In this document: piece by piece, positions 30,248 through 39,092 of the stretch
Layout of the letters: each line of letters starts with the position of its first letter
How positions within the stretch are numbered: the first letter of the stretch is position 1
Program-made: the position numbers and the translations under genes
NCBI GenBank assembly: GCA_049325335.1
Contig: JBMOMC010000007.1
Span: 128,170-192,169 of the forward strand
Length of the DNA stretch: 64,000 nucleotides
Reading direction: 5' to 3'
Source: Nitrospirota bacterium
GTDB taxonomy: Bacteria; Nitrospirota; Nitrospiria; 2-01-FULL-66-17
Notes under the pieces: model-generated
What the model was told of the DNA's origin: nothing
The model's input: the letters and a program-made list of their open reading frames with translations, nothing else
Database searches by the model: none

Positions 30248-31429
30248 TTATGACGTGGACCGGTACAGGGGCGACAGACGCCGGAGCCGTTCGATCACCG
30301 AGGGGAGGAGCCCCAGGGTTTCGCGAATGTCCGACTCGGTACTCTCGCGTCCGAGCGAGAATACGACGGATCCTTGGGCCCTGGTGGTCTCGATCCCCAG
30401 CGCCGTCAACACGTGGGAGACCTTCGAGGACACGGTAAAGTCACTGCACGCCGACCCGCTCGCCGCGGCCACCCCGGCGTGTTCCAGCGTCCGGACCAAG
30501 GCCTCGCCCTCGACGTACTCGACGCACGCGCTGACGTGCCCGGCGACTCGCTGGTCGGGGTGCCCGGTCAACCACACCCCCATCATCTTGGACAGGCCGT
30601 CGGCGAGCCGCCGGTGCAGCGACTGCATCGACGCCTGCCACGCGGCGCCGTGCTCGCGCACGAGGGCGGCCGCGCGCCCCATTCCCACGATCGCGGGCAC
30701 ATTATGACCGCCGGACCGCCGCCCGCTCTCTTGCGCGCCCCCGACCAACAATGGGTCAAGACGCACACCACGGCGCACGTAGAGGACCGCGACCCCAGGC
30801 GGCCCGTACAACGGGTTCGCCGACACGCTCAGCGCATCCACCCCGAGCGAGCCCACGTCGAGCGGCCCGCGTCCGGCCGCGGCAACCGCATCGGTGTGCA
30901 TAAGCGCGCCGCGCTCGCGGGCAATCCGCGCGATCTCAGCAATCGGCTGGATCGTGCCGATCTCGGGGTTGGCGGTCTGAATCGAGACCAGCACCGTATC
31001 ATTCCGGATAGCCGCCGCCACCGCGCCCGGGTCCACCACGCCGTGCCGATCCACGGACACGATGGTCAGCGACGCGCCGTCGCGTTCCAACCGGCGGGCG
31101 GTGTCCAACACCGACGGATGTTCGATCGCGGAGACAATGAGATGGCGACCGCGTCCGGCCAACGGCCTCATCAGCCCCCGCAGCGCGAGCGTATTGGATT
31201 CCGTACCGCTGCCGGTGAACGTGAGCTCGCGCGGGTCGCACCCCAGCAGCGCCGCCACGCGCGCGCGCGCCTCCTCCACCGCGGCGCGCGGTCGTTCGCC
31301 GAACCGGTGCAACGACATGGGATTGCCGAACTCTTCGGTGAACCACGGCAACATGGCCGCGACCACGTCGGGATGCGGTTTGGCCGCGGCAATGTGATCC
31401 AGGTAAATAGGCGTCATGGTGGCGGGCAT
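30248..31429 (-). CDS. cysteine desulfurase-like class-V aminotransferase lacking the PLP-binding lysine
   Basis: IYLDHIAAAKP...SGTESNTLAL...AIEHPSV and active-site loop ASGSACSD are present, but the PLP motif SFSGHKIYGPKG is replaced by SVSANPLYGPPG (Lys to Pro). Confidence 0.75.
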   Translation of the reverse strand: MPATMTPIYLDHIAAAKPHPDVVAAMLPWFTEEFGNPMSLHRFGERPRAAVEEARARVAALLGCDPRELTFTGSGTESNTLALRGLMRPLAGRGRHLIVSAIEHPSVLDTARRLERDGASLTIVSVDRHGVVDPGAVAAAIRNDTVLVSIQTANPEIGTIQPIAEIARIARERGALMHTDAVAAAGRGPLDVGSLGVDALSVSANPLYGPPGVAVLYVRRGVRLDPLLVGGAQESGRRSGGHNVPAIVGMGRAAALVREHGAAWQASMQSLHRRLADGLSKMMGVWLTGHPDQRVAGHVSACVEYVEGEALVRTLEHAGVAAASGSACSDFTVSSKVSHVLTALGIETTRAQGSVVFSLGRESTESDIRETLGLLPSVIERLRRLSPLYRSTS

Positions 31430-31530
31430 TGTATCACGCCGCCTCACCAGGCACGAGGGGAGAATGGGTTCGGCGACCGCGCCCGCAATTCATTGACTTG
31501 GCTACCCCGCGCCGCCATACTCCACCGCCT

Positions 31531-32724
31531 ATGAGTGAGTCCCGCCGTTCCATGTTTTCCCTACCACGCACCGTGGTCATGTTGGGCGTGGTGAGCCTGT
31601 TGACCGACGCGAGCAGCGAGATGATCTATCCCCTGCTGCCCCTGTTCTTGGCCACGACGCTCGGAGCCGGCGCCGCGTTCATCGGGTTGATCGAGGGCGT
31701 GGCCGAGAGCACGGCCAGTTTGCTCAAATTCGCCTCGGGTTGGTGGTCGGATCGACTGGGCAAACGCAAGGCCCTGGTAGTCGCGGGGTACACCGTATCG
31801 GCCTGCGCGCGGCCGTTGGTGGCGTTGGCGGGGGCGGGGTGGCACGTGTTGGCGATTCGATTCACCGACCGCGTGGGCAAGGGCCTGCGCTCGGCCCCGC
31901 GCGACGCGCTGTTAGCGGCCTCGACCCCGCCCGGATCGTGGGGCAACGCCTTTGGGTTTCACCGGGCCATGGACCACACAGGCGCCATCATCGGCCCGCT
32001 CATCGCCATGGCGCTCTTGGCTTGGGGCCTGACCGACCTGCGGGTGCTGTTTGCATTGGCCGCGATTCCGGGATTGCTCGCGGTGGCGGTGTTGGTGTTT
32101 GCGGTGCGCGACGACACAACGGTCGCGCGTTCGGTCCCCGCCGCTCAGCCGATTCGACTCAGCCTCGCGCCGTTTTCGCCGCGGTTTAAAACCGTACTGG
32201 CCGTAATCACGCTGTTTACCTTGGGCAATTCCAGCGATGCGTTCTTATTACTCAAGGCCCACGCAGTGGGGATCAACGCAGCGTGGATCCCGCTGCTGTG
32301 GATCCTGCTGCACATCACCAAAGCCGCCAGTTCCACGCCCGCCGGCGCCCTATCGGATCGCATCGGCCGGCCGCGTCTCATCCTGGCGGGGTGGATGACC
32401 TACGCCGCGGTGTACGCCGGATTCGGGGTGGCGGACTCCGCGTGGCAGGTCTGGGTCCTCTTCGCGGTCTACGGACTCTTCTTCGGCCTCACCGAAGGCG
32501 TTGAAAAGGCCTACGTGGCGGACCTGGCGCCCGCCGAGCACCGCGGAACCGCCTACGGCCTGTACCACGCCGCGGTGGGCATGGCCGCCCTGCCCGCGAG
32601 CCTGCTGATGGGCCTGGTATGGGAGCACGTGAGCCCCGTCGCTGCGTTCGGCCTCGGCGCGGGCCTGGCCCTGCTCGCCTCGGCCTTGTTCCTCGTGGTA
32701 CTCCGGGCGCAGGGACGCGCATAA
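31531..32724 (+). CDS. MFS transporter
   Basis: 12 predicted TM helices and MFS motif region GWWSDRLGKRKALVVAG. The ORF is open from 31429; start taken at MSESRR. Divergent from the desulfurase-like gene. Confidence 0.75.
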   Translation: MSESRRSMFSLPRTVVMLGVVSLLTDASSEMIYPLLPLFLATTLGAGAAFIGLIEGVAESTASLLKFASGWWSDRLGKRKALVVAGYTVSACARPLVALAGAGWHVLAIRFTDRVGKGLRSAPRDALLAASTPPGSWGNAFGFHRAMDHTGAIIGPLIAMALLAWGLTDLRVLFALAAIPGLLAVAVLVFAVRDDTTVARSVPAAQPIRLSLAPFSPRFKTVLAVITLFTLGNSSDAFLLLKAHAVGINAAWIPLLWILLHITKAASSTPAGALSDRIGRPRLILAGWMTYAAVYAGFGVADSAWQVWVLFAVYGLFFGLTEGVEKAYVADLAPAEHRGTAYGLYHAAVGMAALPASLLMGLVWEHVSPVAAFGLGAGLALLASALFLVVLRAQGRA

Positions 32725-32743
32725 AAAATCCCCGAAAAAAACC

Positions 32744-32773
32744 TTGACATCCCAAGGAAGGTTCCGGTATTCT
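32744..32773 (+). promoter_or_regulatory. candidate sigma70 promoter for rpsU
   Basis: TTGACA (32744-32749), 18-nt spacer, TATTCT (32768-32773), about 58 nt upstream of the rpsU ATG. An A-rich stretch lies just upstream. Confidence 0.45.
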
Positions 32774-32831
32774 GCGCCGTCGTCTTTGAGGGGCCAACAC
32801 CGGCCGACTACGGAGGTTGTGACTTCAGGCA

Positions 32832-33023
32832 ATGAAAATCGTTGTCAGCGATAATCAGGTCGACAAGGCCTTGCGGGTCCTCAAGAAGAAACTCATTAAA
32901 GAGGGCTTGCTCAAAGAGATGAAAAAACGCGAGTACTACGAAAAACCGAGCGTGAAACGCAAACGCAAGGAAAAAGAATCGCGCAAACGTATCCGCAAGC
33001 TCGCAACCAAAAAGACCCCGTAG
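32832..33023 (+). CDS. rpsU: 30S ribosomal protein S21
   Basis: MKIVVSDNQVDKALRVLKKKLIKEGLLKEMKKREYYEKPSVKRKRKEKESRKR matches the S21 consensus. Confidence 0.9.
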   Translation: MKIVVSDNQVDKALRVLKKKLIKEGLLKEMKKREYYEKPSVKRKRKEKESRKRIRKLATKKTP

Positions 33024-33033
33024 TCCCTCACCA

Positions 33034-34095
33034 ATGAGTCTGCGGCTCACAGCCGCGTTGCTCGTCCTACTCCTGGCGAGCGCTCCGCGCCAGGCAGATG
33101 CCACATCATTTAATCCGTATCCAGTAGATGGGGTTGACAATGGTCCGCCCGTCGGCATCCAGATTCGCCTACGCGTGGTTCAAATCCAGATCTTTCACGA
33201 TCACGGCGATCAACTTCCCGACGGTCGCGCGATCGGTTCGGGCACGGGCCTCGGCCGCGACGGCGTGTTGGTGCGTCGGGCGGAACTCGGGGTCGCCGGA
33301 GGCGCCCCCCTGGGCGCACGGTATCTCGTGGTCGCGGATCTGGTCGCCTCCCCCGTCCTGCGCGATGCGTTCATCGAGATCGGGGCGGAGCCGAAGTTTC
33401 AACTCCGCGTGGGTCAATTCCGCCTGCCATTCGGGCTCGAGACTCAACTGCCGCCTTACAAGCTCCCCGCGATCAACCGGATGCTCATGACGTTCCCCGG
33501 CGAGCAGCCCGATGAAGTTCCGGGATTGTTGCAGGAGTGGGATCGCGGACTCGCCCTGCTGGGCGAACCGATCAGCGGCCCGCTCAACGTCTCCTATGCG
33601 CTCGCCGTGGTCAACGGAACCGGTCCCAACGCGCCGGATTCCAACGACGGCAAGGACCTGGTCGGCCGCGTGGGGCTTCGCCTCGCGGGATACCAACTCG
33701 GCACCTCGTGGTACCGCGGCCGCGCGCCGAACCTCGCGGGGCTCGACCGCCCCCGCACCCGCGTCGGCTGGGACCTGGAGATCCACCCGAATCCGCTCAA
33801 CGCGCTCCTGATCCGCGGCGAATTGATCCACGGCCGCGACGACGCCACGGCGTTTCGCGGCTGGTACCTCCTGGCAACCTACGCCGTGACCGATCACTGG
33901 GTCCCGCTCATCCGGATTGAACGGTTGGACCCCGACCGGACCGTTGCCGCCGACACGTTGGGCCGCACCACCCTCGGACTGACGTACACCCACTCCGAAC
34001 AACTCGCCGTCTCCGCCAACTACGAATACCGCCGCGCCCCCGCCCTCCCCGGGGTGGACAACCTCGCGGTGGTACAGATTCAAATCAGTTTTTAG
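33034..34095 (+). CDS. outer-membrane beta-barrel porin (phosphate-selective porin O/P-like)
   Basis: Signal peptide MSLRLTAALLVLLLASAPRQADA, alternating beta-strand pattern, and a C-terminal aromatic residue (F) typical of OMPs. Confidence 0.6.
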   Translation: MSLRLTAALLVLLLASAPRQADATSFNPYPVDGVDNGPPVGIQIRLRVVQIQIFHDHGDQLPDGRAIGSGTGLGRDGVLVRRAELGVAGGAPLGARYLVVADLVASPVLRDAFIEIGAEPKFQLRVGQFRLPFGLETQLPPYKLPAINRMLMTFPGEQPDEVPGLLQEWDRGLALLGEPISGPLNVSYALAVVNGTGPNAPDSNDGKDLVGRVGLRLAGYQLGTSWYRGRAPNLAGLDRPRTRVGWDLEIHPNPLNALLIRGELIHGRDDATAFRGWYLLATYAVTDHWVPLIRIERLDPDRTVAADTLGRTTLGLTYTHSEQLAVSANYEYRRAPALPGVDNLAVVQIQISF

Positions 34096-34154
34096 AGGCG
34101 CCCGAAACGATAGTCACTCAGTTTTCTCCCCGCTCTTCATGTTCACGGAGAGTG

Positions 34155-34276
34155 GAGGCGGTCGAGGAAGGGTCTAGATGCCAGCGAAGCGAGCACCGGA
34201 CCGGAGCGTACTGAGTCGTACGCGAGGACCGGAAGCGCAGCGACAACGCCGCAGATGGCCCTTCATCGACCGCCTC
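34155..34276 (+). ncRNA. candidate structured RNA element (type unresolved) enclosed by a 17/18-bp terminal helix
   Basis: GAGGCGGTCGAGGAAGGG (34155-34172) is complementary to CCCTTCATCGACCGCCTC (34259-34276) with one mismatch. The enclosed ~86 nt contain further inverted repeats (GCGTAC-N6-GTACGC) and the motifs GGACCGGAAGCGCAGCG ... GCCGCAGATG. Lies in the porin/acpS intergenic region. Confidence 0.3.
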
Positions 34277-34323
34277 ACCGTCGGCTTGATTTGGGGATAG
34301 GGGCGCTGCCATAATCCGCCCCG

Positions 34324-34734
34324 ATGAACCACGGAACTATCGTCGGCATCGGCATCGACTTGGTGCGGATTTCGCGCGTGCGGGAGGCGTTGGGCCGCTG
34401 GGCCGACCGGTTCCTCGCGCGCGTGTTGTCGCAGGACGAAACCGCGTATTGCCGGGCCCGGATCGACCCCGCGCCCCACGTCGCAGCGCGATTTGCCGTC
34501 AAAGAAGCGGCCATGAAGGCCCTGGGCGTGGGATGGACCGGCGCGGCGTGGCGTGAGTTCGAAGTGGTCAACATGCCGTCGGGTCAACCCACTCTGCGCC
34601 TGTCCGGACGGGCCGCCCAACGCATGGCCACCCTGGGGGCGGACACCGCGTTCGTCAGCCTGACCCACGACGGGGACTACGCCGCGGCGCAGGTCATCAT
34701 CAGCCGCAGGCCGGCCCCGTGCTCCGCGCCATGA
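34324..34734 (+). CDS. acpS: holo-[acyl-carrier-protein] synthase
   Basis: MNHGTIVGIGIDLVRISRVREAL...AVKEAAMKALGVG: AcpS/4'-phosphopantetheinyl transferase. Confidence 0.85.
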   Translation: MNHGTIVGIGIDLVRISRVREALGRWADRFLARVLSQDETAYCRARIDPAPHVAARFAVKEAAMKALGVGWTGAAWREFEVVNMPSGQPTLRLSGRAAQRMATLGADTAFVSLTHDGDYAAAQVIISRRPAPCSAP

Positions 34735-36341
34735 ACGTCGTCACCGCGCAGGAAATGCGTCGCCTCGACGACGCCGCGATCACCGAATACGCCATTCCCG
34801 TGACCATCCTGATGGAGCAAGCCGGCATGGGCGTGGTGCGCGAGATGGAACGGCGGTTCGGCGATCTCGGGGGGCGGTCGGTGGTGGTGCTCGCGGGCAA
34901 AGGCCACAACGGCGGCGACGGGTTGGTGGCGGCGCGGCACCTCGTGCAGCGCGGCGCGCACGTGCGGGTGTTTTTGACCGTGCCCGCGGACGCCAGCCGC
35001 GGTGAAGCGCAACTCCAAACCCACATCTTCCGCAACATCGGCGGAAAACTGTTCGATCCGTCGTCGTACGATCGCGCGGTGTTTCGTGCCGCCCTCGATG
35101 ACGCGGATCTTGCGATCGACGCGCTGGTGGGTACGGGGCTGACCGCGCCGATCTCGGGCTTGGCCGCGGAACTGATCGCGGATGTGAACGCGTCCGGCAA
35201 ACCCGTGACCGCGGTCGATATCCCCTCCGGCATCAGCGCGGACACCGGCGAGGCGTTGGGCGTGGCCGTGCGCGCAACGCTAACCGTTACGTTCGCGCTG
35301 CCCAAACGTGGGCACTTCCTGCCACCGGGGTCGGACCATACCGGCGAGTTGCGGGTGGTGGACATCGGTATCCCGACACGCGCCATCGACCAGGCTGCGC
35401 TTCCCGTGTCCCTGTTCACGGAGGCGGCTGCCGCGGCCTGCGTGCCGGCGCGCCCGCGCGAGGGACATAAGGGCACCTTCGGTCATGTCCTGGTGGTGGC
35501 GGGCTCGATGGGCAAGAGCGGCGCGGCCATGTTGACCGCGCGCGCCGCGCTGCGCACCGGGGCCGGGTTGACCACGCTCGCGTGCCCGGAGAGCGTGTTG
35601 CGCGCGGGTGAAGCCAAACCCGCGGAGATCATGACGTTGCCGTTGCCGGAAACGCCCGACCATACGCTCGCGTCGGCCGCGCTCGGTCCCTTGCTGGCCG
35701 CGGCCAAACAGGCCACGGTGGTGGCGATCGGCCCGGGGTTGTCCACGCACCCCGACACCCAGTCCCTGATCCGGGAGTTGGCCGCGCGCCTGTCGATCCC
35801 CATGGTCATCGACGCGGACGGCCTCAACGCGCTTGCGGATCATCTGGACCCGTTCAAACGCCCCCACCCTTCCACGGTGCTCACCCCGCACCCCGGCGAG
35901 ATGGGGCGGCTCACGAAATTGGGCTCGCGCGAGGTGCAACGGCGACGGATCGACCTCGCGGCGGAATTCGCCAAGGCCCACCAGGTCGTGGTGGCGCTCA
36001 AGGGCGCGCGGACCGTGGTGGCGGGTCCCGACGGGCGCGTGACCGTCAATCCCACCGGCAACGCGGGCATGGCCACGGCCGGCACCGGCGACGTGTTGAC
36101 CGGCGTCATCGCCGCGCTCGTGGCGCAGGGCCTATCGCCCGCGGATGCGGCACGGCTGGGCGTGTATGTGCACGGCGCGGCCGGCGACCTGGTGGCCGCG
36201 GATCGCGGCGAGCGCGGCATGGTGGCCGGGGATCTGCTGGATCGCCTCCCAGCCGCGTTGGATCGGATCGCCCCCACCGCCGCGCAACCCGTGCCCCGTC
36301 TGTTTAAACGTTCGGAACCCACGGTAAGGAGCGACTCATGA
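34719..36341 (+). CDS. nnr: bifunctional NAD(P)H-hydrate repair enzyme Nnr (epimerase/dehydratase; YjeF N+C domains)
   Basis: YjeF_N (VVVLAGKGHNGGDGLVAARHL) plus carbohydrate-kinase-like YjeF_C (VVAGSMGKSGAAMLTARAALRTGAG...GTGDVLTG). Confidence 0.85.
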   Translation: MLRAMNVVTAQEMRRLDDAAITEYAIPVTILMEQAGMGVVREMERRFGDLGGRSVVVLAGKGHNGGDGLVAARHLVQRGAHVRVFLTVPADASRGEAQLQTHIFRNIGGKLFDPSSYDRAVFRAALDDADLAIDALVGTGLTAPISGLAAELIADVNASGKPVTAVDIPSGISADTGEALGVAVRATLTVTFALPKRGHFLPPGSDHTGELRVVDIGIPTRAIDQAALPVSLFTEAAAAACVPARPREGHKGTFGHVLVVAGSMGKSGAAMLTARAALRTGAGLTTLACPESVLRAGEAKPAEIMTLPLPETPDHTLASAALGPLLAAAKQATVVAIGPGLSTHPDTQSLIRELAARLSIPMVIDADGLNALADHLDPFKRPHPSTVLTPHPGEMGRLTKLGSREVQRRRIDLAAEFAKAHQVVVALKGARTVVAGPDGRVTVNPTGNAGMATAGTGDVLTGVIAALVAQGLSPADAARLGVYVHGAAGDLVAADRGERGMVAGDLLDRLPAALDRIAPTAAQPVPRLFKRSEPTVRSDS

Positions 36342-36946
36342 CGTTGTTCGGCATCACCCTGGCATTCTCCATCTTATTGGCCGCGCTCGGCTCGGCCATG
36401 ATCATCCACTCCATCGTGGGTAAGCGCCGCATCCTGGCCGACTTTCGGAAGCTCTCGGCGCGCATCGGCGGACGCACCTCGCAACCCACGGTGTTTTCGT
36501 TCCCGCGGGTCGACGGCCGATTCGACGGTCGGGAGGCCGCGGTCTTTTTCCACCTGGCCAAGGGCGACAAGGCCAGTATCATCTATGTGGTCTACACGCT
36601 CTCGGCCAAAGCCGCGACCGCCCTGTTCCTGTCCAAGGACAAGTACTACAAACCGGTGAACGACCCGACCAAACTGTCCCGCGAAGCCGGCGAGGTGGTG
36701 CCGGGACTGGACGGTCGGTATGAAGTGCGGACCAGCGACGTGGCGCGGGCCAACCGTCTGTTCAACCAAGGCGACATCCGCAGCCACCTGGACGCGCTGG
36801 AACCGTTCCCCAGTCTGATGTTCGGCCCGGACCTGTTGGTGGCCGGCAAACCATTCGAGAGCGCGGCGGATACCCACCCGGAATCCGCGCTCAAGGCGTT
36901 TCGCGCGATGGACAAGATCGCCGCGGAGATGGAAGCCGTCGCGTGA
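36338..36946 (+). CDS. hypothetical membrane-anchored protein
   Basis: N-terminal TM helix ([22 protein letters not shown]). No recognisable domain. Start/stop overlaps with nnr and tsaE. Confidence 0.5.
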   Translation: MTLFGITLAFSILLAALGSAMIIHSIVGKRRILADFRKLSARIGGRTSQPTVFSFPRVDGRFDGREAAVFFHLAKGDKASIIYVVYTLSAKAATALFLSKDKYYKPVNDPTKLSREAGEVVPGLDGRYEVRTSDVARANRLFNQGDIRSHLDALEPFPSLMFGPDLLVAGKPFESAADTHPESALKAFRAMDKIAAEMEAVA

Positions 36947-37446
36947 GCCGCGCCGCGCTCAACGAGCCGGACACGGCCTGGCGCATCGTCTCGCGCTCGG
37001 AAGCGGACACCCGCGCGTGGGGCCGTCGGCTCGGGGAGCGACTGGTCGGCGGCGAAACGCTCGCGTTGATCGGCGAGTTGGGCGCGGGCAAAACCCGCTT
37101 CGCGCAAGGGCTCGCCGAGGGCCTCGGCGTGGACGCGTTCCGGGTGTCGAGCCCGACCTTCGCGATCCGGCACGACCACGTCGGACGCGTCATGCTGCTG
37201 CACTTGGACTTCTACCGCCTGCACGACGCCGAGGAAGTCGAATGGCTGGGTATGCTGGACGCGCCGGATGACGCGGTGATCGCCGTCGAATGGGCCGACC
37301 GGTTGCCCGGCGCGCTGCCCGACGATCGGCTGGAAATCGCGTTCGTGGCCGGGCCCGATGCCGACGACCGGTCCCTCACGTGTACCGCACAAGGGCCGCG
37401 CGCCGAACGCGCGTTGGCCGCGCTGCGCGCCGCGCATGGCGGGTGA
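36943..37446 (+). CDS. tsaE: tRNA threonylcarbamoyladenosine biosynthesis protein TsaE
   Basis: P-loop [22 protein letters not shown] and [13 protein letters not shown]...LHLDFYRL, the YjeE family signature. Confidence 0.85.
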   Translation: MSRAALNEPDTAWRIVSRSEADTRAWGRRLGERLVGGETLALIGELGAGKTRFAQGLAEGLGVDAFRVSSPTFAIRHDHVGRVMLLHLDFYRLHDAEEVEWLGMLDAPDDAVIAVEWADRLPGALPDDRLEIAFVAGPDADDRSLTCTAQGPRAERALAALRAAHGG

Positions 37447-38260
37447 CGGCCCGGACCACGCCGCCTCGCTCGGCGAGATCCTTCGCCACGCGAAAGCGCA
37501 TCTGTTGTATGCGCGCGAATTGGGAGTACGGGACGTGCCGCTGACCCGACGCCCGATGTCTGACCGCCCGATCGCTCCCCGACGAACGGCCGGCACCCCC
37601 CCTACGAAACACCGACCCGCGCAGACGATGGTGGACGTGCGGCCGCGCGCATCCGCCTCATCAGCCGCGGCCGGGGATCCCGCCGCCGCGTTGGAGTGTC
37701 TGCGAACCGATACCATCGGCGATTGCCGCCGGTGTGGGCTCGCGCCCACGCGTACGAACCTGGTGTTCGGCGTGGGCAATCCGCGGGCGGACCTGGTGTT
37801 CGTGGGAGAAGCCCCCGGCGCCGAAGAAGACGCGAAGGGCGTGCCGTTCGTGGGCGCGGCCGGACAATTGTTGACCAAGATCATCGAAGCCATGGGACTG
37901 CGGCGCGACGACGTCTACATCGCCAACATCCTCAAGTGCCGCCCGCCCGGGAACCGCAACCCGCTCCCTGACGAAATCGACTCGTGCGAACCGTTCTTAA
38001 TCTCGCAGCTCGAGATCATCGCGCCCAAGGTCATTTGCGCGCTCGGCACCTTCGCGGCCCAGACCCTGCTCAAGACCAAGGACCCGATCTCACGCCTGCG
38101 CGGACGCTGGCACGCGTACCACGACATCCCGTTGATGCCGACGTTCCACCCCGCGTACCTGTTGCGGAATCCCGCCGAGAAGAAAACCGTGTGGACCGAC
38201 GTGCAAGCGGTGATGGAGAAGTTGCGATTGCCCACCAAGCAACATCTTCGGACGCCGTAG
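37436..38260 (+). CDS. uracil-DNA glycosylase, family 4
   Basis: GDCRRCGL...LVFVGEAPGAEEDAKGVPFVGAAGQLL...ANILKCRPPGNRNP...HPAYLLR. Start taken at MAGDG, overlapping the tsaE end. Confidence 0.85.
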   Translation: MAGDGPDHAASLGEILRHAKAHLLYARELGVRDVPLTRRPMSDRPIAPRRTAGTPPTKHRPAQTMVDVRPRASASSAAAGDPAAALECLRTDTIGDCRRCGLAPTRTNLVFGVGNPRADLVFVGEAPGAEEDAKGVPFVGAAGQLLTKIIEAMGLRRDDVYIANILKCRPPGNRNPLPDEIDSCEPFLISQLEIIAPKVICALGTFAAQTLLKTKDPISRLRGRWHAYHDIPLMPTFHPAYLLRNPAEKKTVWTDVQAVMEKLRLPTKQHLRTP

Positions 38261-38295
38261 GGGCGCACGGCCGTGTGCCCCTACACACGAGGAGG

Positions 38296-38790
38296 GTGAC
38301 CGTGCGCCAGCTCTGGGCCCCTTGGCGGATGAGTTACATTGACGGCCCCAAGGCGGGACCGTGTATTCTCTGCGCACAGCCCAAGGCGTCCGATGACCGC
38401 GCGACCTATATCCTGGAGCGCACCGAACACAGCTTCGTGATGATGAACCTCTACCCGTACTCGAACGCCCACCTGATGGTCTCGCCCTACGCCCACGTGG
38501 ACCGATTGGCTGCGTTGGATCGGGCCGCGGCGCTCGACCTGACCCTCACCCTCGCGCGCAGCGTGGAACGGTTGCGGGCCGCGCTCAAACCCGAGGGTTT
38601 TAACGTGGGATTGAATCTCGGGAAACCCGCGGGCGCGGGCATCGACGACCATGTGCACTTTCACATCGTGCCGCGCTGGAACGGCGACACCAACTACATG
38701 ACCCTCTTCGCGGAGGTCCGCGTGATCCCCGAACACCTGGACGCGACGTACGACCGATTGCTCGCGCACTTTCGGGAACCGCGCCCGTGA
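38296..38790 (+). CDS. HIT-family (histidine triad) hydrolase
   Basis: HVHFHIVPRW triad, NLYPYSNAHLMV. GTG start at 38296 preceded by GAGGAGGG. Confidence 0.85.
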   Translation: MTVRQLWAPWRMSYIDGPKAGPCILCAQPKASDDRATYILERTEHSFVMMNLYPYSNAHLMVSPYAHVDRLAALDRAAALDLTLTLARSVERLRAALKPEGFNVGLNLGKPAGAGIDDHVHFHIVPRWNGDTNYMTLFAEVRVIPEHLDATYDRLLAHFREPRP

Positions 38791-39086
38791 TGCTGACCGT
38801 GCTCGCGCTGATCATCGCCGCGGCCCTGCTGCTCGTGGCGGGCGAGAATCGCCACCAATTGATGGTCGTGGAACTGCCGCTGGGGTTCCGCTCCGGACCG
38901 CTCGCGGTCGCGGCCGTGATCCTCGCCAGCGCCTTGGCGGGCGCGATCCTGGCGACGATTGCGTTCGCGCCCGCGTGGATCCGCGCCTCGCTGCGCGCGC
39001 GACGCCTCCGGCGCGAACTCGACGCGGTCGAGTCGCCGCGACCGGCCCGCAACGAACCCGCGTTGCCCGCGGACCACGCGCCGTAA
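38787..39086 (+). CDS. small membrane protein (LapA/DUF1049-like)
   Basis: Two TM helices (LTVLALIIAAALLLVAG; LAVAAVILASALAGAILATIAF) and a basic C-terminal tail. Directly upstream of mutS. Confidence 0.45.
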   Translation: MMLTVLALIIAAALLLVAGENRHQLMVVELPLGFRSGPLAVAAVILASALAGAILATIAFAPAWIRASLRARRLRRELDAVESPRPARNEPALPADHAP

Positions 39087-39092
39087 GCCGCT

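Noticed and set aside
34224-34256. SRP RNA (4.5S, ffs) call based on GGACCGGAAGCGCAGCG…GCCGCAGATG
   Set aside because: The apical stem that should close a GGAA tetraloop (UCC/GGA) is not formed (ACC/GCG), and the second GAAG motif is missing. Kept only as an unclassified structured-RNA candidate.
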